Source: Candidatus Cryosericum sp. (GTDB taxonomy: Bacteria > Caldisericota > Caldisericia > Cryosericales > Cryosericaceae). Taken from it: a DNA stretch of 22,159 nucleotides. The notes under the pieces were generated by a model that did no database searches, was not told where the DNA came from, and saw only the letters and a list, made by a program, of their open reading frames with translations. Both the position numbers and the translations under genes were made by a program. Below are positions 1 to 6,111 of this stretch, in pieces; within the stretch, counting starts at the first letter, position 1, and every line of letters starts with the position of its first letter. Location of the stretch: the NCBI GenBank assembly GCA_049699855.1, contig JBNAWM010000011.1:1-22159 (forward strand), written 5' to 3'.

Positions 1-247
1 CAATGTCCGATGCATCGGTTAAAGGAATCGAAGTGCTTGACGGGTTCACATTGAGCTGGTAAATCATCTGGTTTGCGGCGTCTTCTGCCAGATAAAGGAC
101 CTGCTTCTCCGTTGCATCACTGATGAGCGTGGACGACCGTGAGCGGGACAGCTGTGAGACGGAGATTGCAAACATACTCATCACGAGAGCCATGATGATC
201 ACCATGATCACAAAGCTGGCACCCGTTCTCTTGTGTGGCAGGAACAT
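1..247 (-). CDS. PilX/GspK-like minor type IV pilin (N-terminal part; gene truncated by left window edge)
   Basis: Manual translation from ATG at 247: MFLPHKRTG-ASFVIMVIIMALVMSMFAISVSQLSRSRSSTLISDATEKQVLYLAEDAANQMIYQLN..., open to position 1. Basic leader ending in G, then a hydrophobic helix without Glu+5, then a QxLYLAE motif as in PilX N-termini. RBS GGGAGGT at 260-254. Absent from the ORF track because there is no stop codon in the window. Confidence 0.7.
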   Translation of the reverse strand, partial: MFLPHKRTGASFVIMVIIMALVMSMFAISVSQLSRSRSSTLISDATEKQVLYLAEDAANQMIYQLNVNPSSTSIPLTDASDI

Positions 248-322
248 CAAGGTACCTCCCGTCGACGAGTCACGCTGCGGCCGGCGTTCCCGCCGTTGCC
301 ACGGACTGCTGCACATATAGCT

Positions 323-350
323 ATTGTACCCATCTGGCACCGTGGCGCAA
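323..350 (-). promoter_or_regulatory. Putative sigma70 promoter for the pilin-like gene
   Basis: TTGCGC (350-345) - 16 nt - TACAAT (328-323) on the minus strand. Confidence 0.55.
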
Positions 351-386
351 GTGTCCGTTTGCTTCCAAGCATGAGGCTCATCGTCA

Positions 387-414
387 TTGCAATCTGTTCG
401 GTTTCTGGTATGAT
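387..414 (+). promoter_or_regulatory. Putative sigma70 promoter for speD-speE
   Basis: TTGCAA (387-392) - 16 nt - TATGAT (409-414), with extended -10 TG at 406-407. Confidence 0.6.
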
Positions 415-423
415 ACTACACGT

Positions 424-470
424 TAAAGTAACGTCCTCATCCTTACTTTACTAATCTTTGAAAGGGGGTG
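424..470 (+). promoter_or_regulatory. speD leader hairpin / candidate pseudoknot overlapping the RBS
   Basis: Perfect inverted repeat TAAAGTAA (424-431) / TTACTTTA (443-450); loop CGTCCTC (432-438) can pair with the SD GGGGGTG (464-470). Confidence 0.4.
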
Positions 471-479
471 GTGGCTGAA

Positions 480-905
480 ATGCGCACCGAAGGTAGACAC
501 ATGGTAGTCGAGGTCTCTGGGTGTAATCCGGATGTTCTCAATGATCTGGATAGAGTTAAGGAGATCTTGCGCGAGTCTGCTCTGCAAGCAAATGCAGAGA
601 TCCTGGAATTGGCGTTTCACCATTTTACTCCTCAGGGGGTTAGTGGGGTAGTAGTGATTTCCGAGTCGCATCTGTCCATTCATACATGGCCTGAGTACGG
701 ATACGCTGCCCTAGACGTTTATACCTGTGGAGAAAAGACCGATCCATGGCGGGCCATGGAGTATGCAGCTGAGCAGTTTGAGGCAACGACAATCGTCAAG
801 ACCGAGATTGCTCGTGGACAGGAGATCGAGGGACGTCCAGGCGTTTATGGGCACTCGGTCGTCGAAACAGAGGTTATGCGAGATGGCGTGGCAGTGGTAT
901 CATGA
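480..905 (+). CDS. speD: S-adenosylmethionine decarboxylase proenzyme (pyruvoyl-dependent, SpeD/SpeH class)
   Basis: GRH...E..GC N-terminus, HHFTPQGVSGVVVISE|SHLSIHTWPEYGYAALDVYTCG with the E-S autocleavage site. ATG at 480 preferred over GTG 468 because of SD GGGGGTG at 464-470. Adjacent to an aminopropyltransferase. Confidence 0.92.
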   Translation: MRTEGRHMVVEVSGCNPDVLNDLDRVKEILRESALQANAEILELAFHHFTPQGVSGVVVISESHLSIHTWPEYGYAALDVYTCGEKTDPWRAMEYAAEQFEATTIVKTEIARGQEIEGRPGVYGHSVVETEVMRDGVAVVS

Positions 906-1809
906 CACATTTGAGCCCGGGGAGGTTCACCTCCACGCGCTGACTGGCGTGATCGCCACCAGGAAGACCAAGTATCAGACAGTCGAGATCGTCGAGTCCG
1001 AGCACTACGGCAAGATGTTGATTCTCGACGGCGACTGCCAGAGTTCGGTGAAGGACGAATACATCTATCACGAGTGCCTCAACGAGCCGGCCATGGTCGT
1101 TCATCCTGACCCGCGCAGGGTGCTTGTGGTCGGCGGCGGTGAAGGTGCGTCTCTGCGCGAACTGCTGCGCTTCAAGTCGGTCGAGCACATCGACATGTGC
1201 GATATCGACGAGGAAGCCAATCAGATGTATGAGGAGTACCTGCCGGAGTATCATCAGGGAGCGTTTCATGACCCGAAGGTCAGCATGCACTTCGAGGACG
1301 CCCGCGCATTTATCGAGCGTCAGCCTGACCACTCCTACAGCGTGATCATTGAAGACCTGACGGATCTCTTTGAGGGCGGGCCATCCATTGTCCTGTTCAC
1401 GAAGGAGTTCTATCAACATGCATTCCGCGTTCTGGACGAGGGTGGTACCCTGTGTGTCACGTCGTCGTACCTCAAGCCGACGAATGTTGCCGTCCACAAG
1501 AGGATTCTGGACACCATCCGTTCGGTGTTTCCGATCGCTCGTTCGCTGTATTCGTATGTGGGTGCGTATGATGTTCCCTGGTCGTATATCCTGGCATCCA
1601 AGAAGAATGATCCACTGGCCATGGACGCCGCCACGGTTGACCGTATCCTGGCTGAACGCGTTGGGGACACCAGCGCTCTGAGGTTCTATGACGGTCTGAC
1701 CCACGAGCGCATCTTCCGCATGCCCAAGGACATACGGAGCATGCTGGCTGCCCCCGGCGAGCCTCTCGAAGACGGCAAGCCGTTTGGCATCACGCCCAAG
1801 GGCATCTAG
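883..1809 (+). CDS. speE: Polyamine aminopropyltransferase (spermidine synthase family, GGGEG type)
   Basis: TKYQ...YGKMLILDG..QS...DEYIYHECL, VLVVGGGEGASLRE, DIDEE, EDARAFI, DLTD. Likely start ATG 883 with RBS GAGGT at 870-874, overlapping the speD end by 23 nt. Confidence 0.92.
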   Translation: MAWQWYHDTFEPGEVHLHALTGVIATRKTKYQTVEIVESEHYGKMLILDGDCQSSVKDEYIYHECLNEPAMVVHPDPRRVLVVGGGEGASLRELLRFKSVEHIDMCDIDEEANQMYEEYLPEYHQGAFHDPKVSMHFEDARAFIERQPDHSYSVIIEDLTDLFEGGPSIVLFTKEFYQHAFRVLDEGGTLCVTSSYLKPTNVAVHKRILDTIRSVFPIARSLYSYVGAYDVPWSYILASKKNDPLAMDAATVDRILAERVGDTSALRFYDGLTHERIFRMPKDIRSMLAAPGEPLEDGKPFGITPKGI

Positions 1810-1838
1810 AGCCGCTGGCCTTTTGTCCGTACGTTTCC

Positions 1839-1866
1839 GCCCGTCCCGACAGGGGCGGGCTTTTTG
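1839..1866 (+). terminator. Rho-independent terminator after speE
   Basis: GCCCGTCCC-GACA-GGGGCGGGC, a 9-bp stem with one G-U pair, followed by TTTTTG. Confidence 0.85.
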
Positions 1867-1888
1867 TTAGCGCGATTTTCGCGAGAAC

Positions 1889-1897
1889 TGCTATCAT
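1889..1897 (+). promoter_or_regulatory. Putative extended -10 promoter for the mtaD operon
   Basis: TGcTATCAT just downstream of the terminator and upstream of RBS AAGGGAG (1904-1910); no clear -35. Confidence 0.4.
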
Positions 1898-1918
1898 ATA
1901 AAAAAGGGAGTGTGAACG

Positions 1919-3235
1919 ATGGTACAGCTGTTGAAATCGGCCAGGATACTGGACGCTGGACAGGGAAGCGGGGATGGCACGCGGGTCGTGGATATCCTTG
2001 TGGATGGCACGAAGATTGCGGGCATCGCTGACCACGCGGATCCGACCGAGGGTGCCTCGGTCGTCGATGCGTCGAAGTACCTGGTCACTCCCGGGTTTGT
2101 CAATGCCCATGGGCACCTTGCCATGACCATCCTTCGCGGGCTTGCCGATGAAGTGCCGCTCGATGTGTGGCTCCAGAAGTACATGTTTCCACGCGAAGCC
2201 CTCATGAACGCTGATGATGTCTACTATGGCAGCTTGCTTGGGCTGGCCGAAGGTATCATGTCCGGGACCACGACGTTTGCCGAGATGTACTTCTTTGAAG
2301 ACGATGTGGCACGGGCGGTGGAGGAGGCCGGCGTGCGTGCCAATCTCTCGACTGGCGTGGCCTCTCTCGACAACGAGCGCGGCAAGCTGGAGAAGTCCGA
2401 GGAATTTGTCATGCGCTGGAACAACAGGGCCGATGGGCGCATCAAGACTAGTTTCGGTCCCCACGCACCCTATACGGCGAGCCCGGCATTTGTCCGCGAG
2501 AACTTTGAACGAGCGCGGGACCTGGGGGTCATCGTGCAGTTTCATCTTCATGAGACGCGGGGCGAAATCGAGGATTTCACGGCAGCGCATGGAACGTCGC
2601 CGATCACCTATTACGCGGAGCAGGGCTTCTTCGACAGACCTCCGCGGCTCCTCGCGGCGCACTGTGTTCACATGAGCCCTCGCGATGCCGAGATTCTGCA
2701 TGACGCGGGGGCCAGCATTGCCCTGAACATCCAGAGCAACCTCAAGCTGGGGTCCGGGATTCCCGACTATCGGCTGCTGCTGGGCAGCGGAGTGAACCTG
2801 TGCATTGGTACTGACGGGGCGGCCAGCAATGACAACGTGGACATGCTGGAGGAAATGCGCACACTGGGACTGGTCATGAGGGGATCGACCATGAATGCCT
2901 CAGGGATCAGCAACGCCAGCCTGCTCGAGATGGCGACGAGCAACGGGGCCCGAGCCCTCGGCTTTGAGGACGTTGGAACACTCAGTGAGGGGTCCGCTGC
3001 AGACCTTGTCCTGTGGAACCTTGACGATGAATCGTTCTGCCCGGGGAACAATGTGGCATCGCATCTCCTCTGGTCTGCAAACAGCAGGGCCGTGGACTCG
3101 GTGATGGTTGCCGGCTCATGGGTCATGGAACATCGGGAGTTGGTGCATATCGACTTGGACAAGGTGCGTTATGAAGTTGCGCGGCGTGCGCGCCGCCTGG
3201 CGGGGGATGAACACCGAAGCAGAGAGTCATCTTGA
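1919..3235 (+). CDS. mtaD: 5'-methylthioadenosine/S-adenosylhomocysteine deaminase (amidohydrolase superfamily)
   Basis: PGFVNAHGH (HxH), RGLADEVPLDVWL, SGTTTFAEMYF, GPHAPYT, HLHET, AHCVH, SNLKLGSG, GTDGAASNDNVDMLEEMR; lies next to speE, whose by-product is MTA. Confidence 0.85.
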   Translation: MVQLLKSARILDAGQGSGDGTRVVDILVDGTKIAGIADHADPTEGASVVDASKYLVTPGFVNAHGHLAMTILRGLADEVPLDVWLQKYMFPREALMNADDVYYGSLLGLAEGIMSGTTTFAEMYFFEDDVARAVEEAGVRANLSTGVASLDNERGKLEKSEEFVMRWNNRADGRIKTSFGPHAPYTASPAFVRENFERARDLGVIVQFHLHETRGEIEDFTAAHGTSPITYYAEQGFFDRPPRLLAAHCVHMSPRDAEILHDAGASIALNIQSNLKLGSGIPDYRLLLGSGVNLCIGTDGAASNDNVDMLEEMRTLGLVMRGSTMNASGISNASLLEMATSNGARALGFEDVGTLSEGSAADLVLWNLDDESFCPGNNVASHLLWSANSRAVDSVMVAGSWVMEHRELVHIDLDKVRYEVARRARRLAGDEHRSRESS

Positions 3236-3728
3236 TGTAACAGCAGGGGCTTTGCTGAAGGCGCTGGCCGAGCGGGGATGGCGCTTTGGCACCGCGGAGT
3301 CGCTGACGGGGGGCATGGTGGGAGCGGCGGTCACGGCGGTGCCGGGAGCTTCCCGCTGCTACGTTGGGGGTATCATCTCGTATGCAGATCGGGCAAAGGT
3401 GCTCTTGCTGGGCGTTGGCGAAGATGTGCTGTCGAAGCACGGCGCGGTCAGCGCAGAGGTGGCAGAGGCCATGGCAGAGGGCTGCCGGGCGCGGCTCCAA
3501 GTCGACGTGGCCATCGCTACGACGGGGATAGCCGGTCCAGCATCTGATGAACGGGGGACGCCGGTAGGGACGGTGTTTGTGGCCGTCGTTACACCGGACG
3601 CGCGCAGGGTGGAGCGGCTGATGTTGGCAGGGAGCCGGCAGGAGATTCGAGTTGCAGCCACCCATGCAGCCCTCAGGCTGGCGCTGCGTCTTGTGGAGAT
3701 GACGTCGGAGCTGGAGGTGCGCAGGTGA
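3207..3728 (+). CDS. pncC: CinA C-terminal domain protein / NMN deamidase (PncC family)
   Basis: TAESLTGG, VPGAS, GGIISYAD..K, HGAVSAEVAEAMAEG, TTGIAGP, PVGTVFVAV; lacks the N-terminal MoCF domain of full-length CinA. Start ATG 3207 overlaps the mtaD end. Confidence 0.85.
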   Translation: MNTEAESHLDVTAGALLKALAERGWRFGTAESLTGGMVGAAVTAVPGASRCYVGGIISYADRAKVLLLGVGEDVLSKHGAVSAEVAEAMAEGCRARLQVDVAIATTGIAGPASDERGTPVGTVFVAVVTPDARRVERLMLAGSRQEIRVAATHAALRLALRLVEMTSELEVRR

Positions 3729-4732
3729 CGACTGCAAGGTTATGGCGTGCAGAGCAGGACGGGGCCGTCAAGTGCCTTGCCTGTCCGCACGCATGTGTTC
3801 TTTCGGAAGGGAAGTCGGGGCTGTGCGGCGTGCGCCGCAATGTCCACGGTGAGCTGCAATTGCTGGTGTACGGCCGGCCGGCGGCAGTTGCCCTGGACCC
3901 CATCGAAAAGAAGCCGCTGTATCACTTTCTGCCTGGGTCGACTGCGCTTTCGCTGGGGACGTTCGGATGCAATTTCACGTGTACCTTCTGCCAGAATTAT
4001 GAGCTCTCGCAGGCGCGAGTGGTGGATCAACAACTGGCGCGCCTGCCGTATCTGAGCCCGGAAGCAGTCGTCCAGCTGGCTCTGGAACGAGGCGCCTCGT
4101 CGATTGCCTGTACCTACAATGAGCCGGCAGTCTGGGCCGAATATGCACTGGACATCGCGGTCCAAGCCAGGGCGTCTGGCCTGCGCACAGTGTTTGTTTC
4201 CAACGGCTTCTACTCTCGCGAACTGCTGGATGCTGCACTGCCCCTCGTTGATGCGTACAACATCGACCTGAAGGCGTTTTCCGACGACTTCTACCGGCAC
4301 GTGGCCGGAGGGCGCCTTCAGCCGGTGCTGGATGCCATTCGGGCCATTCATGAGGCGGGTGCCTGGGAAGAGATCACATCCCTGCTTATACCGGGGCTCA
4401 ACGACAGTGAGCAGGAAGTGCGGGCCATGGCGCATTTTGTTGCTTCCGTGGATCCTGAAATGCCGTGGCATGTTTCACGCTTCTTCCCCATGTACCACAT
4501 GCAGGACCGGCCGCCGACACCAGTTGCAACCGTCGAAAGAGCGGTGCAGATCGGTCATGAGGAGGGACTGCTGTACGTCTATTCGGGCAATCTTCCAGGT
4601 CATGATGAGTCCAGTGACACAGTCTGCCCGCAGTGTGGGGCGACTGTGATTGAGCGGCATGGGTATGAGGTGACCGCCAGGACAGGACTGACCTGTCCAC
4701 GATGCGGGAGGCACATCAAGGGGGTGGAGTGA
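3725..4732 (+). CDS. amrS: AmmeMemoRadiSam system radical SAM enzyme
   Basis: N-terminal CLACPHAC...GLCGVR, DPIEKKPLYHFLPG, radical SAM motif GCNFTCTFCQN, TYNEP, NIDLKAF, PWHVSRFFP, C-terminal CPQCG/CPRCG; directly upstream of Memo and AMMECR1 homologues. Confidence 0.92.
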   Translation: MTTARLWRAEQDGAVKCLACPHACVLSEGKSGLCGVRRNVHGELQLLVYGRPAAVALDPIEKKPLYHFLPGSTALSLGTFGCNFTCTFCQNYELSQARVVDQQLARLPYLSPEAVVQLALERGASSIACTYNEPAVWAEYALDIAVQARASGLRTVFVSNGFYSRELLDAALPLVDAYNIDLKAFSDDFYRHVAGGRLQPVLDAIRAIHEAGAWEEITSLLIPGLNDSEQEVRAMAHFVASVDPEMPWHVSRFFPMYHMQDRPPTPVATVERAVQIGHEEGLLYVYSGNLPGHDESSDTVCPQCGATVIERHGYEVTARTGLTCPRCGRHIKGVE

Positions 4733-5541
4733 TGAGGCGAAATGCTGTCGTTGCCGGGCAGTTTTATCCGGGCGAGGCTCATGCATTGCGGGAGGCTGCC
4801 CTGGAGTACATCAAGCAAGGGCAGGGCGTGGCTGGCGCTTTCGGGCATCAGGTTCGAGCGCTGATTGTTCCCCATGCCGGATATATCTACTCAGGTCCTG
4901 TGGCAGGCTCCGGGTATGCCTGTCTGGCAAACCTCGATCAATCGGTGCGCAGGACGGTGGTGATCTTGGCGCCCAGTCATCACGTATGGTTCAAGGGTGC
5001 AGCACTCCCTGAGGCAGACGTCTTCCGAACGCCTCTGGGGGACGTGCCGGTGGCGGAGACTGCGGAGACCCTGGTGAAGGGGCCGCTGGTATTCGCCTCG
5101 GCTCAGGCTCACGCACTGGAGCATGCCATTGAAGTTCAGTTGCCGTTTCTCCAAGTCTCGCTCAGCCAGTTTGACATCATTCCACTGGTGCTGGGAGATG
5201 TCGATGCGGAAGCCCTGGCGCGGGAGCTCCTGGCAGTCGACCCTCAACACGCACTGTTCATAGCCTCCAGCGACCTCAGTCACTACAGCCCTTATGAGGA
5301 GGCCGTTGAGCACGATCATGCCACCATACAGCACATCCTGAAGGGCAATGGGGACGTGCTGGGAGGCGAAGATGCCTGCGGGTTCATGGCGATCAGAACG
5401 CTCCTTGCCATGGCACGTCTTTCGGGTTGGACGCCGCAGTTGCTTGACTATCGGAATTCAGGTGATACGGCAGGCGACAAGTCGGCCGTGGTCGGATACG
5501 CTTCCATAGCTTTCAAGGGGGAACCTGATGAGCATGAATGA
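4732..5541 (+). CDS. amrB: AmmeMemoRadiSam system protein B (MEMO1 family)
   Basis: R..VVAGQFYP, PHAGYIYSG, APSHH, EHAIEVQLPFLQ, SSDLSHY, ACG, YRNSGD, VVGYAS; TGATG coupling to amrS. Confidence 0.92.
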   Translation: MRRNAVVAGQFYPGEAHALREAALEYIKQGQGVAGAFGHQVRALIVPHAGYIYSGPVAGSGYACLANLDQSVRRTVVILAPSHHVWFKGAALPEADVFRTPLGDVPVAETAETLVKGPLVFASAQAHALEHAIEVQLPFLQVSLSQFDIIPLVLGDVDAEALARELLAVDPQHALFIASSDLSHYSPYEEAVEHDHATIQHILKGNGDVLGGEDACGFMAIRTLLAMARLSGWTPQLLDYRNSGDTAGDKSAVVGYASIAFKGEPDEHE

Positions 5542-6103
5542 GGATGAACGCCGTGAGCTGCTTCGGCTTGCGCGTGAAGCGATTCGCATGCGGCTGCTGG
5601 ATGCCCATGATCTGCGTCCAACGCGCGCAGAGTTTCCTGAGGACAAGTTTTGGCAGAAGCAGGGCGTGTTTGTCACGCTGACACTGCATGGAGAACTCCG
5701 AGGTTGCATCGGAAACATCATGCCGGTCCTGCCGCTGGTGGAGGCTGTCGTGTCGAATGCGCTTGCAGCTGCTTTCGACGACCCACGGTTCGAACCCGTC
5801 GATGAAATGGAGTTTGCGGACCTGTGCATCGAGGTCTCTCTCCTGTCGGTTCCTGTCGAACTTGCATTCTCGACATTGGGAGACCTCGAGTCAAAACTGG
5901 CCGCGGCACGTCCTGGTGTCATTCTGCAGCACGGAAGGTATCAAGCCACGTTCCTGCCGCAGGTCTGGGAGCAGCTGCCGGATGCTCGCGGCTTTCTTGA
6001 GGCTCTGATCCGAAAAGCCGGACTGCCAGCTTCCAGCCTGTCTCAACCTGGTCTTATGGTTTTTACATACACCGTGGAAGCATTCTCCGAGGAGTGCGAC
6101 TAG
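5528..6103 (+). CDS. amrA: AmmeMemoRadiSam system protein A (AMMECR1 family)
   Basis: GVFVTL...LRGCIG, AAFDDPRF, EVSLLS, ATFLPQVWEQLPD, KAG; start at 5528 or 5534, overlapping amrB. Confidence 0.92.
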   Translation: MSMNEDERRELLRLAREAIRMRLLDAHDLRPTRAEFPEDKFWQKQGVFVTLTLHGELRGCIGNIMPVLPLVEAVVSNALAAAFDDPRFEPVDEMEFADLCIEVSLLSVPVELAFSTLGDLESKLAAARPGVILQHGRYQATFLPQVWEQLPDARGFLEALIRKAGLPASSLSQPGLMVFTYTVEAFSEECD

Positions 6104-6111
6104 GGCACGCT

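Noticed and set aside
123..454. Short plus-strand ORFs at the left end
   Set aside because: They overlap the better-supported minus-strand pilin-like gene and the divergent promoter region.
727..882. N-terminal extension of the 360-aa speE ORF
   Set aside because: Lies inside speD in another frame; family similarity and an RBS begin at ATG 883. No slippery site was seen to suggest a frameshift fusion.
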